Shown: one piece after another, positions 43,529-54,299 of the stretch
Position numbering within the stretch: the first letter of the stretch is position 1
How the letters are laid out: each line of letters opens with the position of its first letter
Assembly: GCA_965279525.1 (NCBI GenBank)
Contig: CBDIIB010000004.1
Location: 544,001-608,000, forward strand
Reading direction: 5' to 3'
Length of the DNA: 64,000 nt
Source of the DNA: Tagaea sp.
GTDB taxonomy: Bacteria > Pseudomonadota > Alphaproteobacteria > CACIAM-22H2
Made by a program: the position numbers and the translations under genes
The notes under the pieces: generated by a model
What the model saw: only the letters and a program-made list of their open reading frames with translations
What the model was told of the DNA's origin: nothing
Databases searched by the model: none

Positions 43529-45391
43529 CTAGCGGGCGGCCTGCGGCGAGCCTTCGACGGCATCGGCTTCGATGCGCGCAAGTGCTTCGCGCGTCTCGAG
43601 CTGCCGGCGCCACATCTGGGCGTAGACGCCATCGGCGGCGAGCAGGCCCGCATGCGTGCCGCGCTCGACCACGCTGCCCTTCTCGAGCACGACGATCTGG
43701 TCGGCATCGACCACCGTCGAAAGGCGGTGCGCGATCGTCAGCGTCGTGACGCCGACGGAAATCTGGCGAAGTGATTCCTGGATCGCCTTCTCGGTCCGCG
43801 TGTCGAGCGCACTGGTCGCCTCGTCGAACACCAGCAGCTTGGGACGCTTCAGGATCGTGCGCGCGATCGACACGCGCTGGCGCTCGCCGCCCGAAAGCTT
43901 CAGGCCGCGCTCGCCCACGCGCGTCTGATAGCCGTCGGGCAGAGACAGCACGAACTCGTGGATGCGCGCCAGACGTGCCGCCTCTTCGACCTCTTCCTTC
44001 GTAGCGGACGGCCGGCCATAGGCGATGTTGTAATAGATCGTGTCGTTGAACAGCACCGTGTCCTGCGGGACGATGCCGATCGCCGCACGCACGGACGATT
44101 GCGTGACATCGCGCAGATCCTGCCCGTCGATCTTCACGGCCCCGCCTGTCACGTCGTAGAAGCGGAACAGCAGCCGCGAGATCGTGGACTTGCCGGCACC
44201 CGAGGCACCGACGATGGCCAGCGTCTTGCCCGGCGGCACGTCGAGATCGATGCCGTTGAGGATCGAGCGACGCGCATCGTAGCCGAACGTCACGTTCTCG
44301 AACGTCACATGGGCGCCGGCGACCTTCAGTTCGGCGGCGTCGGGCTTGTCGACGACCTCGGCGTTCGCGTGCAGCAGCTTGAACATCGACTGCATGTCGA
44401 TCAGGGCTTGGCGGATCTCGCGATAGACCATGCCGAGGAAGTTGAGCGGCAGATAGAGCTGGATCAGGTAGGCGTTGACCATCACGAACCCGCCCACGGT
44501 CATGGCACCCGCCGCCACGTCGAACGCGGCCAGCAGCATCACGAGCGTCAGGCCGATGGCGATGACGAATCCCTGCCCGACATTGAGGATCGAAAGCGAC
44601 GTCTTGGACAGCACCGCCGCGCGCTCGTATGCGTCGAGCGAACGGTCGAACCGGCGTGCCTCGTGCCCTTCGTTGCCGAAATACTTGACCGTCTCGTAAT
44701 TGAGGAGGCTATCGACTGCCTTGGTCGACGCCTCGCCCTCCGCCTCCAGCATCGCGCGGCGATAGCGCAGCCGCCAGGCGGTGATCGCGAAGGTGTAGGC
44801 CACGTACAGCGCGATGGTGACGAACGTGACCGCGGCGAAGCGCCAGTCATAGAGGTACCAGAGCATGCCGCAGACTAGCGTGATCTCCAGGAACGTCGGC
44901 ACGACCTGGAACAGCATGAAGTGAAGCAGGTTCTCGATGCCCGCCGTCCCGCGCTCGATCGCGCGGTTGAGCCCGCCGGTCTGCCGGTCCAGATGGAAGC
45001 GCAGCGACAGGCGATGCAGGTGCTGGAAGGTTTCCAGCGCCACCTTGTGCATGGCCTGGTGCGCCACGCGCGCGAACACGATCTCGCGCAGCTCGTTGAA
45101 AGCCTGCGAGCAGATCCGGGCACCGCCATAGGCAAGCACGACGCCCACCGGCACGATGACGGCAGCACCCCCGGCACTCGAAAGCGCGTCGACGGCGTAG
45201 CGGTAGAAGAGAGGGACGATGATCGTGGCGAGTTTGGCGCAGACGAGCAGCACGACGGCCGCAACGACGCGAACCCGCACCTCGGGCCGGTCCTTCGGCC
45301 AGAGATAGGGAAGCAGCCGCGCGATGGTGCGGACCTCTTGGTCGGCAACACCCGGGACGTGGAGTGGATCGGCGGGACTCGCTCTGCGCAT
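43529..45391 (-). CDS. ATM1/HMT1-type ABCB exporter (fused permease-ATPase)
   Basis: LSLRFHLDRQTG, DSLLNYETVKYF, GIVPQDTVLFND, GERGLKLSGGE. Confidence 0.92.
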   Translation of the reverse strand: MRRASPADPLHVPGVADQEVRTIARLLPYLWPKDRPEVRVRVVAAVVLLVCAKLATIIVPLFYRYAVDALSSAGGAAVIVPVGVVLAYGGARICSQAFNELREIVFARVAHQAMHKVALETFQHLHRLSLRFHLDRQTGGLNRAIERGTAGIENLLHFMLFQVVPTFLEITLVCGMLWYLYDWRFAAVTFVTIALYVAYTFAITAWRLRYRRAMLEAEGEASTKAVDSLLNYETVKYFGNEGHEARRFDRSLDAYERAAVLSKTSLSILNVGQGFVIAIGLTLVMLLAAFDVAAGAMTVGGFVMVNAYLIQLYLPLNFLGMVYREIRQALIDMQSMFKLLHANAEVVDKPDAAELKVAGAHVTFENVTFGYDARRSILNGIDLDVPPGKTLAIVGASGAGKSTISRLLFRFYDVTGGAVKIDGQDLRDVTQSSVRAAIGIVPQDTVLFNDTIYYNIAYGRPSATKEEVEEAARLARIHEFVLSLPDGYQTRVGERGLKLSGGERQRVSIARTILKRPKLLVFDEATSALDTRTEKAIQESLRQISVGVTTLTIAHRLSTVVDADQIVVLEKGSVVERGTHAGLLAADGVYAQMWRRQLETREALARIEADAVEGSPQAAR

Positions 45392-45434
45392 CGCGTCAAT
45401 CTAGGTATGCGGGCGGCGGGACGCCAGCCCCCCG

Positions 45435-48386
45435 CTAGTCGGCCGCCTGCCCGGCCCGGCTGCCCGGATCGGCAAGATGGCGCACGACGAGCGTAAGCAG
45501 CGCTTCCTTGCGGAACGGCTTGGAGATGAAATCGTTCATGCCGGCGGCGAGTGCAGCCTCCCGGTCCGTTTCGAAGGCGTTCGCGGTGACCGCGAGGATC
45601 GGCACGCCGGCGCCCTCGCCGTCGAGCGCCCGGATCGCGGCGGTCGCGGCATAGCCGTCCATCTCGGGCATGTTCACGTCCATCAGGATGAGGTCGTAGG
45701 GTGCCACGCGCTGGGCTTCGACTGCTTCCAGTCCATTGCCCGCCGTATCGACGCGCAGGCCGATCGGCTCGAGCATCGCCGACACGATCAGCCGGTTGGT
45801 CTGGTTGTCTTCGGCCAGCAGGATGCGCAGCGGCCGGTTGCGCGCGCGCGACAGCCGCTCGATCTCGCCCGCCCAGTCGATGTTGCCGGGCTTGGCATCG
45901 CTCTCGAGGCTCGCCTGGGTCAGCACGACATCGAACAGGAACACGCTGCCCCCGCCCGGCGTGCTTTCCGCCCGGAGCTCGCCGCCCATGCGCGCGACCA
46001 GCCGGCGCGAGATCGCAAGCCCGAGCCCCGTGCCGCCGAAGCGCCGCGCGATCGAGCCGTCGAGCTGCTCGAATTCGCGGAACAGGCGCGGCAGGCGGTC
46101 TTCCGGAATCCCGATGCCGGTATCGCGCACCGAGAACCAGCCGCGGATCCGCCCGTCGGGCTGCACGCGTGCCGACGCCTCGACCCGCACGCTGCCCCGC
46201 TCGGTGAACTTGATCGCGTTGGACAGCAGGTTAAGCAGCACCTGGCGCAGACGCCCGGGATCGCCGCGCAGGCGCTCGGGAACGTCGCCGTTCATCTGCC
46301 ATTCGAGCGTCAGGTTCTTCGCCTTCGCGCGCGCGGCGACGATCTCGATGGTCGAGCGGACGAGCGCGTTGAGGTCGAACGCGAGATCCTCGAACTCGAG
46401 CCGCCCGGCCTCGAGTTTCGAGAAGTCCAGCACGTCGTTGATGATCTGCAGGAGCGAGTCCGACGCGTCGCGGATCGAATGCACGTAGAGCCGCTGTTGG
46501 GAGTCGAGCGCTGTATCCAGCAGCAGGCTCGCCATGCCCATGACGCCGTTGATCGGCGTGCGCACCTCGTGGCTCATCGTCGCGAGGAAACGCGACTTGG
46601 CATCGCTTGCCGCCTCGGCCGTTTCCTTGGCCTGCGTCAGTGCCCGCGTCGCGGCGATGTCGGTCGTCACGTCCTGCAGCAGGTGGATCTCGCCACCGGA
46701 CGCGGTCGAGAACCCGATCACGCGGATCGTGCGGCCGTCGGCGAGCTGCCGGTCATAGGGCACGCCGCCGCGCACGACGAACGACAGACGGTCGACGACC
46801 CACGCTTCGCGCTCGTGGGCCGGCACGGCGAACAGCGGTGCAGCCGCGTGCAGGTGCATCAGGTCGTAGGCGAGCATGCCGATTTCGATCTGGCCGCGCA
46901 CGTGCGGGTACATCTCCTCGTATTTGCGGTTCCACATCAGGACCCGGCGACTGGCATCGAACATCAGGAAGGCGTCGCGCAGCGCCTCGATGCCGTCGCG
47001 CAGCGTGCGCTCGCTGTCTTCCGCGCGGATCTTCGCGATGGCCAGCGCCTGGCGCGCTTCCATCTCCTCGGTCATGTCGCGCCCGGAGCCGCGATAGCCG
47101 GCGAACTGTCCCGCGTCGTCGAAGATCGGTTTGCCGCTGATCGACAGGAAGCGGCGCCGCCCGATCGCGTCGAACCGCTCGTAGCGGAAATCGCGGAACG
47201 CCTCGCGCCGCTGGAGCTGGGCGCGATGTTCGGCCCATCCGGTTTCGTCCACGCCCATCACGCCGAGCTCGTCGCGCCGCATGCCGTACTGCGATTCCGG
47301 CTGCGAGCCGGAAAGCCGGTAGTTGGAATCCGACAGGAACGTGAAGCGCAGCTCGGCGTCCTGCTCCCAGAACCAGTCGGCCGTCGTCTCGGCGAAATCG
47401 CGGAAGCGCCGCTCGCGGTCCAGGATCGCGTGCTGGGCAGATTCCAGCTCGTTGAGCCGCCGGCGCAGCAGCCAGGCCATCGCGAAGACCGCTAGCGAGC
47501 CAAGCAGGGCGGCACCGACGATCGGCAGGTCCATGGCTTGCGCGTGAACGGCCATGTCGGCAGCGGCGGTCTCGACGAAGATGGCGATGGGCCATTCGCC
47601 GATCCACTCGAAGGCCGCAAGCCTGTCGACGCCGTCGATTGGCGAGGGTGCCCGCACGATGGCGCCGCCATCGGACACAAGTGCCGCCCACGCCGCATGG
47701 CCGGTGAGATCGTGGGCGGTGGCGTCGACATTGCCGCCGGTGGAGATGCGCACGCGCGTCAGGCCGTCCTGCCCGACCAACCCGATGGCACCGTCGTTGC
47801 CGAGATCGACCGCCCGCGCGATCGCGAGCAGGCGTGCCGGCATCATCGAGACGACGACGACACCCTCGAATGCGCCGGTCGGGCCGGCGATGCGGCGCGA
47901 CAACGGGATCGAATTGTTGTTCGACACGCGGCTCACCCGCGAGGCACCGAGGAACGGCACGTCGCCGGCACCGTCGCGGTGGAAGACGAAGAAGTCGCGG
48001 TCCGCGACGTTGACGGCGGCACCACCGGCACCCGACACGGCGACGAGATTGCCGGCGGCATCGGCGACGGCGACGAAATCGATCAGGCCCGGCGCCGAAG
48101 CGGCAAGTCGGTCGAGCAGGGCCGTGTCGAGCCCCGACATGCGCCGGTGGAAGGCGACGGCAAGCTGGGCGATGCGGTCGACCGATTCGAGCGTACGCTC
48201 GACGCTCTCGCGCGAGAGCCGGCACGTCTCCATCAGCGACAGCGTGGCGGCTTCGGCGGAATGCGAGCGCTGCGAATAAAGGGCGGCACCGGCAAACGCC
48301 CAGATCACGCCGGCGACGGCCAACGCGATCGCCAGTACCCGATCGACGCGCACATGCACGAAGGAGGCCCGGCGCGGAACGCTCAT
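45435..48386 (-). CDS. Hybrid sensor histidine kinase (dCache, two PAS, HisKA/HATPase, REC)
   Basis: Two TM segments; DWFWEQD PAS; [12 protein letters not shown]; GGTGLGL; LLAEDN..LMDVNMP..KP. Confidence 0.92.
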   Translation of the reverse strand: MSVPRRASFVHVRVDRVLAIALAVAGVIWAFAGAALYSQRSHSAEAATLSLMETCRLSRESVERTLESVDRIAQLAVAFHRRMSGLDTALLDRLAASAPGLIDFVAVADAAGNLVAVSGAGGAAVNVADRDFFVFHRDGAGDVPFLGASRVSRVSNNNSIPLSRRIAGPTGAFEGVVVVSMMPARLLAIARAVDLGNDGAIGLVGQDGLTRVRISTGGNVDATAHDLTGHAAWAALVSDGGAIVRAPSPIDGVDRLAAFEWIGEWPIAIFVETAAADMAVHAQAMDLPIVGAALLGSLAVFAMAWLLRRRLNELESAQHAILDRERRFRDFAETTADWFWEQDAELRFTFLSDSNYRLSGSQPESQYGMRRDELGVMGVDETGWAEHRAQLQRREAFRDFRYERFDAIGRRRFLSISGKPIFDDAGQFAGYRGSGRDMTEEMEARQALAIAKIRAEDSERTLRDGIEALRDAFLMFDASRRVLMWNRKYEEMYPHVRGQIEIGMLAYDLMHLHAAAPLFAVPAHEREAWVVDRLSFVVRGGVPYDRQLADGRTIRVIGFSTASGGEIHLLQDVTTDIAATRALTQAKETAEAASDAKSRFLATMSHEVRTPINGVMGMASLLLDTALDSQQRLYVHSIRDASDSLLQIINDVLDFSKLEAGRLEFEDLAFDLNALVRSTIEIVAARAKAKNLTLEWQMNGDVPERLRGDPGRLRQVLLNLLSNAIKFTERGSVRVEASARVQPDGRIRGWFSVRDTGIGIPEDRLPRLFREFEQLDGSIARRFGGTGLGLAISRRLVARMGGELRAESTPGGGSVFLFDVVLTQASLESDAKPGNIDWAGEIERLSRARNRPLRILLAEDNQTNRLIVSAMLEPIGLRVDTAGNGLEAVEAQRVAPYDLILMDVNMPEMDGYAATAAIRALDGEGAGVPILAVTANAFETDREAALAAGMNDFISKPFRKEALLTLVVRHLADPGSRAGQAAD

Positions 48387-48572
48387 GATCGATGCACCCG
48401 CATAATCCCCCGCACGACGGCAAGGATAGGCTTTCGAGCCTAACGGAGCAAGTTCCGTAGCACCGCCCGTACTTGCACGCGATTTCCCCCTCCGCTACAA
48501 CCCGTTCGACAGGGGACGGCGCGAACGAACAGAAATCCGGCGCTCCCCGACGGCATAAAACGGGAGGAAAAC

Positions 48573-49553
48573 ATGACGATCCAGAACCTGAACCGGCGTT
48601 CGCTGCTCCAGTATTCGGCGGCAGCCGCGGCACTCGCAAGCGTACCGGGCATCGCCGACGCCCAGACGATCGACCGTCTGCGCATGTACATCCCCGCGGC
48701 TCCGGGCGGCGGCTGGGACCAGACCGGCCGCTCGATGGAGCAGGTGATGCGTGCGGCCGGCATCATGTCCAATTTCCAGTTCGAGAACGTGCCGGGTGCC
48801 GGCGGTGCCGTCGGCCTGCCCCGCTTCCTCGCCATGCGCGGCCAGGGCGACATGCTGATGGTCGGCGGCATGGTGATGGTCGGCTCGCTGATCGCGAACA
48901 AGAGCCCGGTCAAGATCACCGACGCGACCGCCATCGCGCGCCTGACCGGCGAGTTCCAGGTCGTCGTCGTGCCGCCCAATTCGCCGCACAAGGACATGAA
49001 GAGCCTCGCCGCCGCGGTGAAGGCGAACCCGGGTTCGGTCTCGTGGGCCGGCGGCTCGGCCGGCGGCACCGACCACATCCTCGTGGGCATGATCGGCCAG
49101 AAGCTCGGCGTCGAGCCCAAGGCGATGAGCTACGTCGCGTTCTCCGGCGGCGGTCCCGCCCAGGCGGCGATCCTCGGCGGCCAGACGACGTGCGGCGTGT
49201 CGGGCTGGGGCGAGTTCTCCGAGCAGGTGAAGGCCGGGCGCCTTCGCGCCATCGCGATCTCGGCACCCACCCGCCAGGCCGGCATCGACGTGCCGACGCT
49301 GATCGAACAGGGCGTCGACGTCGAGCTGTTCAACTGGCGCGGCGTGTTCGCCACGCCGGGCGTGTCGGCGGCCCAGCGTACCGCCCTTCTCGGCCTCGTC
49401 GACCGCATGGCCAAGAGCAGCCAGTGGAAGGAAGAATGCACCAAGCGCGACTGGACCCAGATCTACCAGGCGGGCGACGATTTCGGGAACTACGTGAAGG
49501 CCGAAGTGGCGCGCATCGAAGGCGTGCTGCGCGGTCTCGGCCTCGCGGCCTGA
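48573..49553 (+). CDS. tctC: Tripartite tricarboxylate transporter substrate-binding protein
   Basis: Tat NRRSLL; PAAPGGGWDQTGR; NVPGAGG; GGSAGGTDH; NWRG. Confidence 0.92.
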   Translation: MTIQNLNRRSLLQYSAAAAALASVPGIADAQTIDRLRMYIPAAPGGGWDQTGRSMEQVMRAAGIMSNFQFENVPGAGGAVGLPRFLAMRGQGDMLMVGGMVMVGSLIANKSPVKITDATAIARLTGEFQVVVVPPNSPHKDMKSLAAAVKANPGSVSWAGGSAGGTDHILVGMIGQKLGVEPKAMSYVAFSGGGPAQAAILGGQTTCGVSGWGEFSEQVKAGRLRAIAISAPTRQAGIDVPTLIEQGVDVELFNWRGVFATPGVSAAQRTALLGLVDRMAKSSQWKEECTKRDWTQIYQAGDDFGNYVKAEVARIEGVLRGLGLAA

Positions 49554-49577
49554 CCGGGATCGACTGAAGGCAAGTCG

Positions 49578-49614
49578 CGGCGCGGGTCGGGGGACGGCCC
49601 GCGCCGTTTCTTTT
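49578..49614 (+). terminator. Intercistronic terminator / stabilising hairpin after tctC
   Basis: CGGCGCGGGTCG / CGGCCCGCGCCG stem followed by TTTCTTTT. Confidence 0.7.
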
Positions 49615-49627
49615 CGGAGGGGATGGG

Positions 49628-50101
49628 ATGGGTCTGCGTCTGTCGGCCGAGTTCTGGTGCGGCCTGTGCGTGCTCGGCTTCGCCGCGATCGTCGGCTACG
49701 AGGCGTCGCTGATCCCGACATCGCTCTACGCGCGCGTGGGCCCGCAGGTGATTCCGTTCGCGGTCGCGGGCGGGCTGGCGCTGCTGGGCATAATCCTGCT
49801 GGTGCAGAACGCGCGCGGCAGCTGGGACACGTCGCACGACCCTGAACTCACGCTGCCAATCGACTGGCGAAGTGCGCGCTGGCTGCTGCTTGGCCTGGCG
49901 CTGAACCTGGCGCTCATCGCGGACGCGGGCTTCATCATCGCGTCGAGCCTGCTGTTCGCGTGCACCGCGCGCTGCTTCGGCAGCGAGCGTCCGCTCAAGG
50001 ACGTGGCGCTCGGCATCCTTCTTTCGGCGACGGCCTATTTCGGATTTTCACGCGGCCTCGGCATCAATATCGGTGCCGGGCCGATCGAGGCGCTTTTCTA
50101 G
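49628..50101 (+). CDS. tctB: TctB small membrane subunit
   Basis: Several TM segments; VGPQVIP; GFIIAS; lies between tctC and tctA. Confidence 0.87.
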   Translation: MGLRLSAEFWCGLCVLGFAAIVGYEASLIPTSLYARVGPQVIPFAVAGGLALLGIILLVQNARGSWDTSHDPELTLPIDWRSARWLLLGLALNLALIADAGFIIASSLLFACTARCFGSERPLKDVALGILLSATAYFGFSRGLGINIGAGPIEALF

Positions 50102-51598
50102 ATGGACACGCTCACGGCACTCGCCGGCGGCTTCGCGGTCGCGCTCACGGCCAACAACCTGATGTTCGCGTTGCTCGGCACGTTCCTCGGCACGGCAATC
50201 GGCGTGCTGCCGGGCCTCGGGCCCGCACTCACCATCGCGCTGCTGTTGCCGATCACCTACAAGGTCGACGCGACGGGCGCCTTCATCCTGTTCGCGGGCA
50301 TCTATTACGGCGCGATGTACGGCGGCTCGACGACGTCGATCCTGCTCAACACGCCGGGCGAAAGCGCCACCATCGTGACGGCCCTCGAAGGCAACAAGAT
50401 GGCCAAGCGCGGGCGCGCGGGTGCGGCCCTCGCCACGTCGGCCATCGGCAGCTTCGTCGCCGGCACCATCGGCACGATCGGCATCACGTTCCTGGCGCCC
50501 ATCGTCGTGGAACTAGCCCTCAAGTTCGGCCCGGCCGAGTATTTCTGCCTGATGGTGCTGGCCTTCGTGACCGTGTCGGCCGTTCTCGGCAACTCGACCT
50601 CGCGCGGCCTCACGTCGCTGTTCTTCGGCATCTGGCTCGGCCTCATCGGCATCGACCTGCAGACCGGCCAACCGCGCTTCACGTTCGGCCTGCTCGAACT
50701 GCTCGACGGCATCAACGTGATCGTCGTCGCCGTCGGCCTGTTCGCGGTCGGCGAGACGCTGTGGCTCGCCTCGCGCCACGCGCACGGCAATGACGAGCTG
50801 CTGCCGCTCTCCGGCTCGCTGTGGATGACCAAGGACGAATGGAAGCGCAGCTGGAAGCCGTGGTTCCGCGGCACCGGCCTCGGCTTCTCGATCGGCGCGT
50901 TGCCCGCGGGCGGTGCGGAGATCCCGACCTTCCTTTCGTACTATCTGGAGAAGAAGCTGTCGGTGAAGCCCGAGGAATTCGGCCACGGTGCCATCGAAGG
51001 CGTGGCCGGCCCCGAGGCCGCCAACAACGCGTCGGCCGCCGGCGTGCTGGTGCCGATGCTCACGCTCGGCCTGCCGACGTCGGCCACCGCCGCGATCATG
51101 CTGTCGGCCTTCCAGAGCTACGGCATCCAGCCCGGCCCGCTTCTGTTCCAGAATCAGGCCGCGCTCGTGTGGGGCCTGATCGCCTCGCTCTACATCGCCA
51201 ACGTGATGCTGCTGGTGATGAACCTGCCGCTCGTGCCACTGTGGGTTAAGATCCTCGCCATCCCAAAGCCGTGGCTCTATGGCGGCATCCTCGTGTTCGC
51301 GACGATCGGCACCTACGGCATCAGCCAGAGCGTGATCGACCTCGTGCTGCTCTACGCGGTCGGCCTGATCGGCTATGCGATGCGCCGGTTCGACTTCCCC
51401 TCGGCCCCGGTCATCATCGGCATGATCCTCGGGCCGCTTGCCGAGCAGGAGCTGCGCCGCGCGCTGACGATCAGCCAGGGCGACTGGACCGTGTTCCTCA
51501 CCCGCCCGCTGTCGGCGACGCTGATCGGCATCGCCCTGCTCGCCCTCGCCGGCCCGCAGATCTGGGCGGCGATGCAGCGGCGCAAGGCGATCGGCTGA
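50102..51598 (+). CDS. tctA: TctA large membrane subunit
   Basis: [40 protein letters not shown]. Confidence 0.93.
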   Translation: MDTLTALAGGFAVALTANNLMFALLGTFLGTAIGVLPGLGPALTIALLLPITYKVDATGAFILFAGIYYGAMYGGSTTSILLNTPGESATIVTALEGNKMAKRGRAGAALATSAIGSFVAGTIGTIGITFLAPIVVELALKFGPAEYFCLMVLAFVTVSAVLGNSTSRGLTSLFFGIWLGLIGIDLQTGQPRFTFGLLELLDGINVIVVAVGLFAVGETLWLASRHAHGNDELLPLSGSLWMTKDEWKRSWKPWFRGTGLGFSIGALPAGGAEIPTFLSYYLEKKLSVKPEEFGHGAIEGVAGPEAANNASAAGVLVPMLTLGLPTSATAAIMLSAFQSYGIQPGPLLFQNQAALVWGLIASLYIANVMLLVMNLPLVPLWVKILAIPKPWLYGGILVFATIGTYGISQSVIDLVLLYAVGLIGYAMRRFDFPSAPVIIGMILGPLAEQELRRALTISQGDWTVFLTRPLSATLIGIALLALAGPQIWAAMQRRKAIG

Positions 51599-51601
51599 CC
51601 G

Positions 51602-51813
51602 TGCTGGAAATAGGTTACATCAGGTTACGGTAACCTATTTAAGTCATTGAAACAAAACGAATGTAACGTCCGCGCGCTTCACGTGCTACGTGCCGTGCGA
51701 CGGGCGCGATTCCGCATCCGCCCCGACCGCGCGACTCATGTTCCCCCTTCACGATGTCAAACAGCACAGGCTTGCGCCCTGCACCGCATGATAGGGATGT
51801 TTGCTGAAATAGG
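51602..51813. repeat. Repeat-bounded non-coding element with an inverted/direct GGTTAC repeat cluster
   Basis: AAATAGGTTAC-N11-GTAACCTATTT inverted repeat (51608-51640); TGCTG(G)AAATAGG at both ends. Confidence 0.5.
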
Positions 51814-51840
51814 AATACGCACAATCGTAGGCGTCTTCCC

Positions 51841-52230
51841 TCAACGATGCGCGACGTCCGCATAGGCGTGACCGTGCCCCAGCGACCAGTCCTCGGCGCC
51901 GTTCTCGACCAGCGCGACGAAGATGTCGTCGCCCGCGAAGCCGGCCGCCACGGCACCGTCGGCGATGGCGCGAAACAGCATGCGCTTCTGCTCGCGCGTG
52001 CGTCCTTTCAGGAACGCGATCTCGACCACGCAGGCGTCGCTCGTTCGCGCGACGTCGGGGAATGTCGGATCGAGGATCATCATGCCGTCCGCGAAGCGCG
52101 TGACGAGCTGGAAGCGGTCCTTCTCCGGCACGCCGCACGTGCCGACGAGGCCGCGATGCACCGCGTCGGCGAGGGCGCGGACTTTCTCCGCCGGCAGATG
52201 GTGCGGGACGGCGATGCGGGCGAGCGGCAT
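51841..52230 (-). CDS. Tautomerase-family protein
   Basis: N-terminal catalytic Pro (MPLARI), VPEKDRFQ, GRTREQK, EDWSLG. Confidence 0.88.
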   Translation of the reverse strand: MPLARIAVPHHLPAEKVRALADAVHRGLVGTCGVPEKDRFQLVTRFADGMMILDPTFPDVARTSDACVVEIAFLKGRTREQKRMLFRAIADGAVAAGFAGDDIFVALVENGAEDWSLGHGHAYADVAHR

Positions 52231-52362
52231 GTTCGGTTCTCCTTCGTCGTTGCGTATCCGAAGGAGCGAGTTCTATCAGCGCGCGGCCCTGCGACTAGCC
52301 CGTGGCACGGCACTTCATCCGTGCCCCGGGTTCATTAATTCGCCGACGGCCTGCTTCCGGAA

Positions 52363-52941
52363 TCAGCCGATGCTGCCGGCGATATATCGCTGCACCGTCG
52401 GTCCGGCCGCACCGACGATTTCCGCGCGCGTCATCGCCACGACCGGGGGCAACTTCAACACGTAGCGGCACAGCGCCAGCCCGAGCATCTGCGTGGCAAC
52501 GAGGCCGGCCCGCCGGGCGGCTTCGGCGCGCCCCGCACCGGGCATCAGCGCCGGCGCCACCTGGCCCGCGAAGATCTCGCGCATCCTGTCGGCGGCCTCG
52601 ACGTTGGTCGCCGCCGCGCGCAGCAGGATCGTCAGACCGCCATTGCCGGCCGCCCCTTCCCACATATCGAGGAAATGCCCGACCAGCGCTTCGCCGCGCC
52701 GGCCCGCGGCGACCTTCGACAGGTCCGGCAGTTTCAGGTCGAACGCGCTCGCGCGGGCGAACAGCCCGTCCTTGCTGCCGAAATAGCGGATCACCATGGC
52801 GGCGTCGATCGAAGCGCGCGCAGCGATGTCGCGCACCGTCGCGCGTTCGTAGCCCATTTCGGCGAACAGCTCGCGCGCGGCCGCGAGGATCGCCGCGCGC
52901 GTCCGTTCGGATTTCGACATGCTGTCCCGCGTTTCCGGCAT
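52363..52941 (-). CDS. TetR-family regulator
   Basis: TRAAILAAARELFAEMGYERATVRDIA..YFGSKDGLF; start 52941 or 52920. Confidence 0.92.
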   Translation of the reverse strand: MPETRDSMSKSERTRAAILAAARELFAEMGYERATVRDIAARASIDAAMVIRYFGSKDGLFARASAFDLKLPDLSKVAAGRRGEALVGHFLDMWEGAAGNGGLTILLRAAATNVEAADRMREIFAGQVAPALMPGAGRAEAARRAGLVATQMLGLALCRYVLKLPPVVAMTRAEIVGAAGPTVQRYIAGSIG

Positions 52942-52953
52942 TGCTCCTTATGC

Positions 52954-53003
52954 CAACAAGCGTTGACAAATTCAAGTCTCCGGAATAAATCAACACTCGT
53001 TGA
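52954..53003. promoter_or_regulatory. Two palindromic TetR-type operators between divergent genes
   Basis: CAAC-AAGC-GTTG (52954-52965) and TCAAC-ACTC-GTTGA (52990-53003). Confidence 0.7.
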
Positions 53004-53037
53004 CTTATCTCGAACCCGGCCCAAGGAGCCGCTCCCC

Positions 53038-54270
53038 ATGCTTCCCACCGAAACCGATGTCCTGATCGTCGGCGCCGGCCCGACGGGCCTGGCACTCGCC
53101 ATAACCCTGCAGCAGGCCGGCATCCGGCACGTGCTTGTCGACCGGCTGGTGCAGGGCCAGAACACCTCGCGCGCGGCCGTGATCCACGCGCATACGCTCG
53201 ACATGCTCGCCACGATCGGCGTGGCCGACACGCTCGCCGCACGCGGGCTGAAACTGCCGGCCTTCAGCATCAAGGAGCGCGACCGCACGCTCCTCACCCT
53301 TCCCTTCGACACGCTGCCGGGCCGGCACAACTACCTGCTGATGCTTCCGCAGGACGCGACCGAAGTTGTGCTCGCTGAACGGCTCGAGGCGCTGGGTGGC
53401 CGCATCCATCGCGGCGTGGCGGTCTCGTGCGTTCGGCAGGACGCGAGCGGCGTGCAGGCGCTGCTTGAAACGTCCGATGGAACGCACGAAATCCGGGCAC
53501 GCCATGCGGTGGGTGCCGACGGGATGCAGAGCGTCGTTCGCAAGGCCGCCGGCATCGCGTTCGAGGGCGAGACGCCCGTCCAGCCCTTCGTGCTCGCCGA
53601 CGTGGCGATGGACTGGCCGCTGGGACCGCGCGAGGTCTCGCTGTTCTTCGCGCCCGACGGGCTGCTCGTCGTCGCCCCGTTGCCCGACGGAACCTACAGG
53701 CTCGTAGCACCCGTCGACGAAGCACCGGCGCATCCGACGGCCGGCGACATGCAGGCGCTGCTCGACGCGCGCGGCCCCGCAACACAGCCGGCCCGGATAC
53801 GCGACGTGACCTGGAGTTCGCGCTTCCGCGTTCATCACCGGCTCGCGTCGTCGTTCCGCAGCGGTCGGCTGTTCGTCGTCGGCGATGCGGCACACGTCCA
53901 TAGTCCCGCCGGCGGTCAGGGCATGAATTGCGGCCTTATCGATGCCTGTGTGCTCGGCCAGCTTCTGGCCGGCGTGCTGAATGGCACACGGCCCCAATCG
54001 GCGCTCGACGCGTATGGCGAAATGCGTCGCCCGGCGGCGGCACGCGTCCTTGCCCTTGCCGGCCGGCTCACCGCGATGGCGACACTGACCGGCACGCTGC
54101 GCCGCGCGATGCGCAACGCGGTACTTTCGGCAGTCGGGCACGTCGGTCCCCTGAAATCCCGGCTGCTGATGGAACTGTCGGGCCTGAGCCGCGCCCATCT
54201 GGCGCAGCTTCCTGTGGCTGCGCCAATGCGGACGCCGGCCTTGTCGACGGCCAAACGGGCATTTGCCTAG
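53038..54270 (+). CDS. FAD-dependent monooxygenase (UbiH/PheA-like)
   Basis: VLIVGAGPTG, VGADG..S.VRK, GDAAHVHSPAGGQGMN; AAGGAG RBS. Confidence 0.9.
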   Translation: MLPTETDVLIVGAGPTGLALAITLQQAGIRHVLVDRLVQGQNTSRAAVIHAHTLDMLATIGVADTLAARGLKLPAFSIKERDRTLLTLPFDTLPGRHNYLLMLPQDATEVVLAERLEALGGRIHRGVAVSCVRQDASGVQALLETSDGTHEIRARHAVGADGMQSVVRKAAGIAFEGETPVQPFVLADVAMDWPLGPREVSLFFAPDGLLVVAPLPDGTYRLVAPVDEAPAHPTAGDMQALLDARGPATQPARIRDVTWSSRFRVHHRLASSFRSGRLFVVGDAAHVHSPAGGQGMNCGLIDACVLGQLLAGVLNGTRPQSALDAYGEMRRPAAARVLALAGRLTAMATLTGTLRRAMRNAVLSAVGHVGPLKSRLLMELSGLSRAHLAQLPVAAPMRTPALSTAKRAFA

Positions 54271-54299
54271 TCCGGAGCGCGGCGCGTTTGCGGTTCTAA

